Below are positions 38,708 through 50,131 of a DNA stretch of 64,000 nt, in pieces. The notes beneath the pieces were generated by a model. The model did no database searches. It was not told the origin of the DNA and worked only from the letters and a program-made list of their open reading frames with translations. Position 1 is the first letter of the stretch. The number at the start of each line of letters is the position of its first letter. Both the position numbers and the translations under genes were made by a program. Source of the stretch: Cirrosporium novae-zelandiae (Eukaryota); NCBI GenBank assembly GCA_026023565.1, contig JAPETS010000010.1, positions 558,001 to 622,000 on the forward strand. The letters are read 5' to 3'.

Positions 38708-39529
38708 TTAGTACTTGGGCTTATATTTGAGATGCCTGTCTAGAGCCCTTCCGTGATCAAGTGCCCAACAGCCTGGGGAGGTGTCTATCTTAAACCTTAA
38801 CCATCTCCCCTCAATCTTGACGTTTACTATATTTTCCAGAGTCCAAACTCGCTTCAGAGCTTCAAAGCCTACCTGGATCACTCCCCTGTGATCCACCGTG
38901 GGCCACCCCCCCGAGCCAAGTACATTCAAAGGGGTCGTGATAAGCTTTGTCTGTATAATAACCTTCTTGGATGGAGCTACAACGGTTTTAAATCCAATAA
39001 GAGGAAGTGGAAGGAGCCGTCGCATCTCTATTTTCAAATCAACCTCAGTGCCACTCCTGCGGATTGCCCAGATATGCCGCACTAAATGCATGGGCCCCAT
39101 CCAGCATCTTATTCCGAAAAGTGTAATGAAAACGTATGCGATACCAAGTAGTATTCTTGCGGGACCGGGCAGGCCTGGTACCGGGTCTCCAATCGTGGTG
39201 TAGTAGTTGGCAGCGCCATAAATTAGAAACATTGTGCCAGTTACGTATGATGATACTAGAAGTTCTTCCTGAGGAGCCGCCTTGTAGAGCAGAATTGGTT
39301 CGCCGAATTTAGCTGTCTTTCCATTTTTGGCAAGCGCAGCAGACCGATCAGTACTATTCTTGGAGATTTTAGTTTGAGTAGAGTTGAGGCGACGCCAAAG
39401 CGGCCCACGGCCATTAATTCGAATGCATCTGAATGATCTTGCAAGGAAAGGCTGTTGGAGAGAGGATGAAATACTACCATTGTAGCATTTAGGATTGGTG
39501 AGGCGAGACAGAAGCTGCTTGATAATCAT
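38708..39529 (-). CDS. Probable mitochondrial inner-membrane protein with two TM helices (TMEM223/Mrx15-like)
   Basis: Basic, acid-free N-terminal presequence-like region, ILLYKA, two hydrophobic segments, then LVRHIWAI. Family assignment is by resemblance only. Confidence 0.55.
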   Translation of the reverse strand: MIIKQLLSRLTNPKCYNGSISSSLQQPFLARSFRCIRINGRGPLWRRLNSTQTKISKNSTDRSAALAKNGKTAKFGEPILLYKAAPQEELLVSSYVTGTMFLIYGAANYYTTIGDPVPGLPGPARILLGIAYVFITLFGIRCWMGPMHLVRHIWAIRRSGTEVDLKIEMRRLLPLPLIGFKTVVAPSKKVIIQTKLITTPLNVLGSGGWPTVDHRGVIQVGFEALKRVWTLENIVNVKIEGRWLRFKIDTSPGCWALDHGRALDRHLKYKPKY

Positions 39530-39897
39530 CGCTGCAGAACCTGAATATAATTAGTATAGGATATCGTAACCATATGTTAGAGAAATCAATGGCTTACTGG
39601 ATATAATGAATGCATTGAGTAAAAAAAGGTATTCAATTTAGAAGGGTCCGCAAATTCCCACGATTCTGAACTTCTCAACCTGTCAACCTCAACTTCTCAA
39701 CAGCCTTTTCGTGCCAAGAAAATGACGGCGCCTTCGGTGGACGATTTTCCGGTCCGATAATCCTCAACCACCGATTATTGCCGGCCAACTTTCCTCTCAC
39801 AGCTTACAGCTCTCAGCTCTCAGCATTTTCAACTACAGCATTTCCACAAGAGTCAGTCAATTGCTGTCGTGGTATGAGCTTCTGACAGCTCTACAGA

Positions 39898-41451
39898 ATG
39901 CGATCTGCTCTGAGAGCTTCCCGCCAGACGACCAGGCTCGCTGGTCGCTACCTAACCTACAATGGAGCTTCTCGAGGTACGGATTAATTCAAACGATATA
40001 AGATACCGGAATACACAACATACCACTGTCAGAAGCTAACCTTTGAGAATGCATAGGCTTTCGGTCCTCCGCCAGGTTACTGGCAGCCCATAATTTCGCC
40101 ATGCCCGCCATGTCGCCCACAATGACAGAAGGAAATGTTGCTAGTTGGAAGGTAAAAGAGGGTATGCTCTATAACCTTGGGGACGGGGGAATTACTGTAA
40201 AGAAATGGTCTAATTATTCCTGATCAAGGCGATTCATTTAGTACCGGCGACGTTTTGCTCGAGATCGAGACGGACAAGGCGCAAATGGATGTGGAAGCGC
40301 AGGATGATGGTATAATGGCGAAGATTCTGGTATTTTTTTGCACAATTGTACTTTTTCGGATAGACTGTGCCCTTCTGACCTCATTGTAGGTAGGCGACGG
40401 CACCAAAGGCGTGAAGATAGGCTCTCGTATTGCTATCCTCGCAGAAGAGGGTGACGACCTCTCCACTCTTGAAATTCCTCCGGATGATTCGAAGCCCGCT
40501 TCTCCCCCAAAAGAAGACAAGGCGAAATCCGAGGTCTCTGCATCCCCAATGAAAACCGAAGCTCCTCCTGCAGCTCCATCCAAATCCCCCGCTCCCTCTC
40601 CAAAGAAGTCTGCGCCGTCGAGTGAATCAGGCGCCAAACCCACCCATCAAACCTACCCGCTCTACCCATCAGTCGCACAGCTATTCCATGAAAACAACAT
40701 CCCCCTCTCTGAAGCTGATAATATTCCTGCCAGTGGCCCCAAGGGACGGCTCCTGAAAGGAGACATTCTTGCTTACATTGGCAAAATTCCAAAAGAGTAC
40801 CCCGGCGAGCAGTCTACCCGGATTGCCAACCTTGGCCACCTCGACCTTAGCAACATTCAAAAGGCCGCGCCCACGAAGAAGGAAGAGAAAGCTCCTGAGA
40901 CTGCTGCTGCCCCCCCTGCATCATTGACGCCACCTGTCAGAGAAGTCGAGATTTCCCTCCCAATATCCCTAACCCCACTCCTCCAACTCCAAAATCGTCT
41001 AAAGCAAACCCTTGGCTCCACACCCTCACTTTCGGAATTAATCGAGCGCGCTGTCGCAGTCGCAAACGATGGACTTCCCCGAACCAAGAATGAGCCCGAA
41101 ACTGCTGATGAGCTCTTCAATGAGATCCTCGGAGAGGAAACGGCATCCACCACCTCAAGAGGTCATTTCTTCCCGCAGATCACTGGGCTAGGCGCCACGA
41201 ACCCTATATTGAGCACCAAGTCATCGAAGAAGAAGCTAGACATCATCGATATTCTCACGGGTCCTTCTGGCGCCAAACATCACCGAACCCACGGTCTCGA
41301 AGCTGTTGCGTTTAGCAAGGACCCAACGGCTGAGGGTGCTATCAACGTCTTCAGCGTGAAAGCAATGCCGGAGGAGGAGAGACGCGCGAAGGTGTTCTTG
41401 GAGAGGGTGAAGACGGTATTGCAGGTTGAGCCGGGGCGATTAGTGCTATGA
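39898..41451 (+). CDS. PDX1: Pyruvate dehydrogenase protein X (E3-binding protein), 4 exons
   Basis: Presequence, lipoyl domain [11 protein letters not shown]...[14 protein letters not shown]3-binding [12 protein letters not shown] and no E2 catalytic domain. Introns 39977-40056, 40162-40228 and 40330-40389. Confidence 0.92.
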
Positions 41452-42990
41452 ATGAATGAAGGAGAGTCGGGCTTCTATTTCTACAAACAAGATATTATTT
41501 TGAAATATGTAACGTAAACGTCTGACGAAGAAAGGGGGGGTAGGAAGTGAGAACATGAAAGCGCTAGCTAGAAAGTATGGAGAAAGAAAATCTGTTAAGA
41601 TTTATGTAAATAGCCTCTTTTCTCTTTCCCATCTTCTTCCATGTGCCACAATGGTTTTGTTTGTCATCACCGAGTAAGTATATATGCAAGCCTCTTAGCC
41701 TACACACAAATGCATATATACGTAGACCGTAGCCATAACTACCATTACCACCATTACCATTACCTTACCCCTCTTTTCAACACCCCAACTAACATAGAGA
41801 GGAATTAGTCGTATATACTAAGAAGCAACCAAGACAAGACAAAACAACAAACCATTAAACCAACCCAGTCCCCTTTTCCACCTCAACCCACCCCAAGCGA
41901 CAAAAGGAGGTGGAACATTCAACATTCAAATACCTCCTTCATCTTCCCTTCCTACCTCCTACCTCCCACCCCTCCTCTCATCCTCGAACGGCTCTGACAC
42001 GGACGGTCGTTCAATTCATTCACAGAAATCGCAGTATTCACGGGGAGGGGATTCCAGTTTTTTTTTTTGTTGGTAGGGATTTTAGGAATGAGGCGATGGG
42101 AGTTCTCGTTGGTAATAAATCAAATCAAATCAAATCAATGGGAGGTCAAAAAAAAGCATAGAGATTCAGGTATACAGTAAATGGGCCCCATTGATGTACA
42201 GAGATATCTGTTAGGTACAGCAGGACTGACTTTTAACATAAGGGGGGGGGCATTGATTGCTATATAGAAATTCATTGGGCCCTTTCTAGTACTAATGCCC
42301 TAGATAAATAGAGACCAATAGCTGTAGAGAGAGAGCATAAGAAGAAACGATGAGCCCTTCGAATGAACATGTCAAAATTCCACTCCAACAAACGGCCCCC
42401 TCGTCATCGAGGAGGACTCGAGATACTTCAGGAGCAATGCAATCCCTTGGATTTTTAGAGTGATAACTCTCCACATCTAAGATTCATCATTAGCCAACCA
42501 GTACCGTCACATTCAAATTCAACACAGGCAATCTATATCTATGACCACAAAAGCTCCGCGGAAAATACTAAACTAGAAACAAGGAAATTCGGAACATGAA
42601 TTTTTTCCCCTACCTCCTATTTAGCAACAGCACTATCCTTTGCTATACTCAACAAGGAGGGGCTAGGACCATGTCTTCTTGCTAGCAAATATAAATCAAT
42701 TCTTTTTAGAATTCTATACTTTTACATACTCGTTAGGAGATGTAAACCAAAAATCTTACCTTCTTAAATTAAAAGGACGTGGGGGGGGGGGGGGTCTGAT
42801 AACTTGTAGCGAAGGATACTTGGTGGTCGGAAAGTGGTAGCCCTACGGAAGGCTAAATTGATTCTGATTGGTTCCATGATATGCTTAGTCATTTAAACTT
42901 GGCTCCTCTGTCCCGACAAGCAAGTTCAGGAAAACATCCTCAACTATCCGAACAGCTCTCTCAGCACCATCTCCTCTCAATCTAAACAAT

Positions 42991-43946
42991 ATGAATTCCT
43001 TCAGAGTTGCCCGAACTCTGCTCCGAGCCCGTCCCCTCGCGATGCGCGCTCCTCTTCAGCGAAGAGGGTATGCCGAGGCCGTATCTGATAAAATCAAGCT
43101 CTCTTTGGCTCTTCCCCATCAGGTACGTTATAACTATCAATTGCGACCACCGTCACCAGGGACAGGGGCATTTAGGATTTCAGGAGTTAAAACTTTCGCG
43201 GAGGAAATACTGACAATTGGCATTGATAACAGTCCATCTACAAATCTACGGACGTGTATGTTCAGCTGAACCCACCAACCCACTAGGCCTACTCTGCCTT
43301 CCAATTCTATCATTGTATGGCACATGCAACACCGAGGCTGACAATTCGATTGAATAGTGTCCAAGTTAATATTCCCGCTGAATCCGGAGAGATGGGTGTC
43401 TTGGCAAACCACGTCCCTTCTATCGAGCAATTGAGACCAGTAGGCAATTCGGATCGAAGAAGCCCACGCTTCGTGAAAAACATATATGTTAATAATTAGC
43501 TCAGGGTTTGGTTGAGATCATCGAAGAGAGCGGTGGAAGCAAACAGTTCTTCCGTATGTTTCTTCAAATGAAGAATTACAATTTCTACGGTGCGATATAT
43601 GGATACCAGCTAACTTAAATATCTTAGTTTCTGGAGGCTTCGCTGTCGTTCAACCTAACTCCCAATTAACTATCAATGCTGTTGAGGGATTCCCTATTGA
43701 AGACTTTAGCGCTGATGTGGGTTTCCTCATATCTGCATGTAACAACAAATAACTAAATTTCGTCTCAATCTAGGCCGTGAAATCCCAGATCACCGAGGCG
43801 CAAAAGATCGCAAGTGGTGGGGGTAGCGAACAGGATGTTGCGGAAGCTAAGATTGAGCTCGAGGTATTCAATGAATACAATCTTCGTATTTTTTTTGGCT
43901 AATATATCCTTAGGTATTGGAGAGTATCCAAGCTGCATTGAAATAG
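42991..43946 (+). CDS. ATP16: Mitochondrial F1 ATP synthase delta subunit, 7 exons
   Basis: Spliced reading LSLALPHQ|SIYKSTDV|VQVNIPAESGEMGVLANHVPSIEQLRP|GLVEII...FF|LSGGFAVVQP...|...AEAKIELE|VLESIQAALK*. Confidence 0.96.
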
Positions 43947-44328
43947 GAGACCAACGTAGATAGACATGTATATTTCCAGAATTTGCGTCTGCAACTGAAT
44001 CAATGGACCTTACAGTTCTCTTGATGTAGGATAATGACCTTGAAGATGCCTGTTCCCTTATAATGTTCTTCAGTGGTGGCTAGCAAATACATTTTCTAGG
44101 CCAAGGATCGTCATAGTTCCTTCCCTTAATTCATGAATTACCTATGCCCCCCCCTCTCCCCGACACTACTACCGTCTTCATCTTTGTTTAGTATGCCTCA
44201 AACAAGGTTCTCCCAGCCTTAATTGTATATCATTCAACCTATTATTATCATATGGGACTCTTATATATTTCCTTACCCAATAACGCTTCTATTCAGTTTG
44301 GTGCACCTTGCAGCCTTAGAGCAGAGGC

Positions 44329-47300
44329 ATGTCAGCGAACTCGGAAAATCCGTGGCTCGATTTCCTTGATGCCACAAACGATAGCCCTACTGGTGATCTA
44401 TTTCCGGAGCCGAAAGTAAAACGATCTTCTCTACCACAATCCATGTCTGAGGACGGTGGAATTCCTCTTCCTGTCAAGCTACCTTCTTCGGCTCATGGGC
44501 TTGTTTCTTCTCGAATAAAGGGGTTTGAAGATGACGATGTCCAAACATCCTTTCCTACCGAAAAACGCCGAGAGTCCATTTCCAAAGCCATCGATTCACG
44601 GAATCTTGGCCTTGAAGATATTTGGTCGGGATATGGGCGAAGGGAAGGCAGTTTTGGATCACCGGCTGAGCGATCCAAGAGACCAACATTTGGCGATCCA
44701 AGACAAGCTACCGGTGTCGCCAGTCCAACTTTACATGCTGCTGATGCCGATGCCTTTCTGAGCTATGGAACTGTTGACTATACAATCAGAGGAAGAGAAG
44801 GAGTGGCGCCTATAGGGAAACTAGAACGGACCCAGTTCGATGACCTTGATCCGTATGCAATCATGGGTAAAGCTGGGATAAACCCTCAAAGACGCTCTTC
44901 CAGGACTCAATCAGATGTCATTGGGGCCTTAGATGACGGAGATCACTTTCAAATTGGCAAGATCCGAGAAGGTGTGGTGCCAAAGGGTACGAGGGAACGC
45001 CCACCACATAATCCAAACCTCACATCCTTCTTCTCCGAAAAGACCCTAACGCGAAGATACGAAGCCCAGATGCCCAAACAAAAGCATTCATCTCATAGGG
45101 GACGTATATTTAAAAGACACGGCGACTCTGACCAAAAGAAGAGTCCCATTGATTGTGGCCACCCTCAATTACTCGAGAGACTTGAAAAAGAGGGAGAAAA
45201 AAAGGAAGGAGGTATCTATTGGGATATTTATTTCGCCCATAAATTCTGTGAATCGCGGGAAAGAGAACGACGCAAATCAGACTCTTTCAGACAAAATGTA
45301 AACCACCCTTTATCAAACTCATCGCCCGACACCGACCGTCCTAGACGTGCTATGTTTCGAACTCTCCGACGAGTCTCTCGACAGAACTCTGGCCTGTCTA
45401 AGAATAGCGTTGCCCACTTGAAAGGACCACACCACCCAAAAAGTGGGAAGTTATCCCGAGTGGGAAGTTTCCTTTCTTCATTTTCCCACAGCAGTAGCCA
45501 CAGCAATAGCAGTAGTAATAGCTCTCGAAGCGAAACTAGCAAGACAGAAACGAAGATGGGACACAAGCTCGAGCGCTGTAGCTCTTGTTCGGATTCCATG
45601 AAAGATGCGTGTCTTAGATGGCGTCAGGGTGATGAGGAGCATATGCCATCCAAAACATCCTGGAAGAAAATTTTGCATGAGAAGAAAATAGGAAAACATT
45701 CTTCAGCAGGGCGGAAGCAAAGATCATTGTCACGGCGCGGTCGGAGCCGTCATAGAAGTCTCCCTTCTATCGCACAACCCTATCATTCTCAATCCGACCT
45801 CGATCTTCATCATAACTCTAATGAGCATGTAAGGGGCCAAATTCATCGCCGCGAGAGTGCTCAGATGCACAACAATAATTCCTCATCGGTTGAAGACCAT
45901 TCTCCATGTCGCAGGTATCTCGGAAAAGAACCTTGCATCGACCCTAAGCTCGTTCATCAGACCAAGTCTCGGGATAGCTCTCAACCTCCACTAACTAGGA
46001 GGGAGAGCCTCTATGACGAGTTATCACGCCACGGCTTGGACCACAAGGTGTGGGGGAAGTCTCTTTTTGAACACCATGAAGTCAAAGTTGACCCTAATAA
46101 TGTTAGTGAAAAGGGCATCGGCGAAGATATTTCTGAGAATAGGAGACTGTCTGCAGCACTCCCTCGGCAAGGTTATTCCCTTCATCCTCAACCACGGAGG
46201 CAAGCCTCAAATTTAATTCAGTCCCATCTAGAGAAATATGAGGATTCTCACTCTTTTCGCCGGGGACCTACCCACGCTGAATCATCTCGCCAAGGGCATC
46301 GCAATGATCGCCATGGTGAAAACGGAACACTACCTCATCAAAAAGAATCCCATTTAGAGGTGGGACCTTCCGATGCTGAGTCAACTCGTCGGGAACCTTA
46401 TAGTATGCATTCTAATAACAACCAACCTTATGAGAAGGGACTTAATCAGAAACGCCCCTACCAAGAATCACCTCTTAAAGAGCACGAGGATGATGTAAAT
46501 TCTCGAAATGGACGGGGTCTAGAGAAATCGCCATTCGAAAAGAACCTGCAGGCTCATTTGGATAAAGGTCATGAACATGAAACGCATAATAGACATGAAA
46601 GGACCCGTCGTAAGAGTCCTCGCAGCGGAAAGGCTTATATTAATTCTCATGACAAAGCAGTCCAGGCGTATTCTGATAGCGAGCAGCATTTTCCAAAGCA
46701 ATTGCATCCTGAGAAGAAACTTCGGCGTCATTCCGACAGGGGATATCTGCATGATATTCGTACTGACCATCAAAAGTCACATGAAAGACGAGTTGAGCCC
46801 GAGTCGACTCATGACGCCAGTCCTATTAAGGAACAATCAAATGATGGACATTTTCGTCAATCTCCACGCCGTAGCTTCTCATCTGCTCATAGTGGTCACC
46901 GGCGAGAGCGTTCGGAATATGAGCCGTTCCCACCAACCTACAAGCACCTTTGCCACTCTCGTCAAGTCTCCTTCGAGAACCAACCGGGCTATTCTCCAAC
47001 AGAACCTTTTTCTCATCAGGGATCATTCCATATTGGAGCCCTAGACAAATTTCAATATATTCCAAAACACCAACAGTCCTTCCCTACTTCTGAAAGTGGA
47101 TTCGTTGAATCTCCAGGTACAGCTCAGTCAAAAGAAAAATCAAAAGTCCGTAATCATGTCGCCATACTTCAACAAAGCTTTCAGAACCCGAGTGATAATA
47201 AGCTTAGCGTTTCGCCAGCCATTCCCAAGAGACCATCAGTTCCTTTCACTCATCAAAAGACCCATGAGCCTCATAATGTAACGTTTGAGCATCATATCCA

Positions 47301-48024
47301 ACCGCCATCTACTAAAAGTAACACTTTTCAAAATGAGACTGCGGTTAAAGAGGTTACCAATAATAGCCATGCTTCACTCGATTATCCTCACCTAGATAAA
47401 GGTCCAACGGGATCCAAAAAAGGAGAGAAAATGGGGCTGGAGCGGCTTGACGAAAAAGGAAAGAGAGGGTTCCCAGTCTCGCCGTCGGTTGGTGTTCCGA
47501 GTCGGGTCCAAAGCCTAAATGATATGAACTTCAAGCAGAGATCTAGTGCCCAGCAGGCGACAGCAAAAGACGACCTGGAAAGGATAGCGAGGAGTGATAC
47601 CATCTGGGGAAAGGATAGTTTTGTCAAGGAGAAAATTAGGAAATTCGTGGATATGGGGGAGAGCAGCAGGGAAAGAGAAGGCTTAGGGTTGGGGCGTGGT
47701 GAGTCGAAAAAGGAACATGAAACGAAGCAAGCGAATGGTACTCCAACCATCCAAACTTCGATTACGGCCAATGATAATGAAGAATTGCAAGGCACCAATA
47801 CCACAGAGGACTCAAAAATGAAGGACTGGCTTGAGGATAAAGAAAAGTCTTCATTGGCTAGAGAAATCAATATCAAAGGAAACGACTCGAGGAAAGTAAT
47901 TGAGAAGGTGTTTTATTCAGATGGCACGCCAGGATCAAAGATCACGGTCATAATCACGGTGGAAGGAATTGGCGACTTGATCGTGAAAGCAGATTTTGAG
48001 AAGATTGGAGCTAATAAAAAATAA
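44329..48024 (+). CDS. Large intronless hypothetical protein (1231 aa), mostly low-complexity S/H/R/E-rich
   Basis: 3.7 kb open frame with an ATG start and a short beta-rich-looking C-terminus (KITVIITVEGIGDLIVKADF). No recognised domain. Confidence 0.8.
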   Translation: MSANSENPWLDFLDATNDSPTGDLFPEPKVKRSSLPQSMSEDGGIPLPVKLPSSAHGLVSSRIKGFEDDDVQTSFPTEKRRESISKAIDSRNLGLEDIWSGYGRREGSFGSPAERSKRPTFGDPRQATGVASPTLHAADADAFLSYGTVDYTIRGREGVAPIGKLERTQFDDLDPYAIMGKAGINPQRRSSRTQSDVIGALDDGDHFQIGKIREGVVPKGTRERPPHNPNLTSFFSEKTLTRRYEAQMPKQKHSSHRGRIFKRHGDSDQKKSPIDCGHPQLLERLEKEGEKKEGGIYWDIYFAHKFCESRERERRKSDSFRQNVNHPLSNSSPDTDRPRRAMFRTLRRVSRQNSGLSKNSVAHLKGPHHPKSGKLSRVGSFLSSFSHSSSHSNSSSNSSRSETSKTETKMGHKLERCSSCSDSMKDACLRWRQGDEEHMPSKTSWKKILHEKKIGKHSSAGRKQRSLSRRGRSRHRSLPSIAQPYHSQSDLDLHHNSNEHVRGQIHRRESAQMHNNNSSSVEDHSPCRRYLGKEPCIDPKLVHQTKSRDSSQPPLTRRESLYDELSRHGLDHKVWGKSLFEHHEVKVDPNNVSEKGIGEDISENRRLSAALPRQGYSLHPQPRRQASNLIQSHLEKYEDSHSFRRGPTHAESSRQGHRNDRHGENGTLPHQKESHLEVGPSDAESTRREPYSMHSNNNQPYEKGLNQKRPYQESPLKEHEDDVNSRNGRGLEKSPFEKNLQAHLDKGHEHETHNRHERTRRKSPRSGKAYINSHDKAVQAYSDSEQHFPKQLHPEKKLRRHSDRGYLHDIRTDHQKSHERRVEPESTHDASPIKEQSNDGHFRQSPRRSFSSAHSGHRRERSEYEPFPPTYKHLCHSRQVSFENQPGYSPTEPFSHQGSFHIGALDKFQYIPKHQQSFPTSESGFVESPGTAQSKEKSKVRNHVAILQQSFQNPSDNKLSVSPAIPKRPSVPFTHQKTHEPHNVTFEHHIQPPSTKSNTFQNETAVKEVTNNSHASLDYPHLDKGPTGSKKGEKMGLERLDEKGKRGFPVSPSVGVPSRVQSLNDMNFKQRSSAQQATAKDDLERIARSDTIWGKDSFVKEKIRKFVDMGESSREREGLGLGRGESKKEHETKQANGTPTIQTSITANDNEELQGTNTTEDSKMKDWLEDKEKSSLAREINIKGNDSRKVIEKVFYSDGTPGSKITVIITVEGIGDLIVKADFEKIGANKK

Positions 48025-48561
48025 GTTGGATTGGACGGTGAAAAAGGAGAGGGGCAGATATGATTTCCTAAGTTTTCCCTAGATGCAGGAGCACATTCGA
48101 TGTTTTTTTTTCTTGGGTTGGAAATGTTGTCATTAGCAGTAGTGGATTCGCCTTTGATTCATTCAGAGAAATACCTAAGGATTCGACGGTTATCTTATTT
48201 TTTAGTTATTCTTAGAATCAAATTTATTATTACTCAGAGGAGTCACTCGAGTTCTAATGGAGAGTGAGTATTTGCACAATTATAGATATTATGAAATTTT
48301 ACCTCACCACGACCAAACTCCTCAAACCTTGCATTAAAAATTTTAACCCTCAAGCCTTTTTTCTATTCACCAAGCCACAATTTGAAAAAAAAAAAAAAAT
48401 CAATCTTCTCGAGAACTCCCCAATCCCCATTCAGCCCCCCCCTCCATCTCTCCCTACATAAATACAACTAACATCCCGCTTCCTCAACAACCCAACCCCA
48501 ACGCCAACCATTCAAAATGGTTGGCTCCCTATGTGGTGCCAAAAATAACCCCGCTGAAAAG

Positions 48562-48632
48562 GCTGGTGTGGTGTAGTGGTAGCACGTAACGTTGTGGCCG
48601 TTCCGACCTCGGTTCGATTCCGAGCACTAGCA
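48562..48632 (+). tRNA. tRNA-His(GTG), intronless
   Basis: Acceptor GCTGGTG/CACTAGC+A, D arm GTGT/GCAC, anticodon arm AACG-TTGTGGC-CGTT and T arm CTCGG-TTCGATT-CCGAG. Confidence 0.95.
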
Positions 48633-49157
48633 GAGATGATTTAAATGATATTAAATAATATTTCTCTGGCAAGCTAGACGTCTTGTCTTGGTTCTGGTTG
48701 TTTTCTTTTTTGGTTTTTTTTGGGAGGGGGGGAAGGGGGTACTGATTGGTAAGTGTAGATGAGTAAGAGAAAAAGAGAATAGAGTAGAGTAGATTTGAGG
48801 GAAAGGGGACTTTGGAAAAGAAGAGGGAAGGAAAGAAGGGATTTGAGTGAGTGAGGGTTTTTTTAGGTTCAAGTAATTAGATATAGATATATGTTATCCA
48901 TAAGCCCCTGAGAGTAGAGTATTATCTAGGGTTGTATGGATATGTATGTAGAGTATAGTAACGGGGTATGGAAAGGGGTAGTGAGGGAGAGTGGAGAGTG
49001 GAGAGGATTGTTTGTAATGTAATTAATGGATGAATGAATGTCTTAAGGACCATCAGTTGTGGACCAACGACGACGACGGCGATTACGGCTACCCAAAAGA
49101 AGGAAAGGCCCTACTCGAATACCATACATATACATATACATACAACATCTCACATTC

Positions 49158-49200
49158 CACTTCTCCTTCCACTTCTCCTTCCACTTCTCCTTCTACTTCT
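49158..49200. repeat. Minisatellite (CACTTCTCCTTC)x~3.5
   Basis: Directly visible. Confidence 0.85.
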
Positions 49201-49797
49201 ACTTTTATTCCTCTATATATCTCACTTCATCCATCCCATCCCTCCATCCCTTTATTCCGCCCCCTCCCTCCCTCCAATAAAGAAAGAAGAAAAAAAGGGT
49301 TACTCGGTTTTCTAGTTTTTTAGTTTGGTTTGTTTGATTGGGGTTTTTTTGGATGGTATTTATTTATTTTATTAGGTTAGCTTTAAGGAAGGGAATGGAG
49401 GGAGAAGAGAGAAGAGGGTAAAAAAGCTTGTATGTGTGTATATATATATAATATTTGCATTACACTAAGATAAGCCATAACAGGGGGGAGGGGGGGAAGA
49501 AGAAAAAAACTAGATAAAGTAATTCTTCCTTCATTCCTTCTTCCCAAACAAATAAATCTCATCACTAATTTTCTTTTTGTTTTTTTTTTCTTTCGCTTTC
49601 TATTGTTTTTTTGGGGGGGTGATTTGGTTGATTTGTCAAGAGGATGGGTGGGTGGGTTTATATATTCTGTATTCTGGGGTAAAGTGGATGAGGGATAAAG
49701 TGATAAGCGATAACATGGATAATTAATAGGTGCGTGGATAGGTCGTATTAAACAAATACAGGCTATAGATATATAGATATATCTTAGGTAGGTAGGT

Positions 49798-49976
49798 AGG
49801 TACTTTTTTATATAATAAAAGTGTTTGCTTACTTAGGTAGATTAACTACCTAGGTACTTACTCATTGAGGTAGACTAGGTGGTCTTGAATTTATAGATAT
49901 ATCCTAGGCACTTTTTATAACAATAAAGTGTTTGCTTAGATTAACTGCTCATTGAGGTAGGTGGTCTTGAATTTAT
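49798..49976. repeat. Imperfect tandem duplication with indels
   Basis: ACTTTTTTATA..AAAGTGTTTGCTTA..GATTAACT..CTCATTGAGGTAG..GTGGTCTTGAATTTAT occurs at about 49798-49893 and 49906-49976. Confidence 0.88.
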
Positions 49977-50131
49977 CTCAACCCAGTATCTTTTACCTTC
50001 CAAGCTAAAATTATTCTCTATTAGGATTATATTTACTTCATACCAAATTTTTTCCAAGGCCCAGATTTTGACTTAGTTGGAAAGAAAATATCAGTTTCCT
50101 CCCATTCCATTCCTATATTGGAACAGCAGGT

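Noticed and set aside
48650..49780. Short ORFs downstream of the tRNA
   Set aside because: Purine/pyrimidine tracts and microsatellites, with no coding signal.
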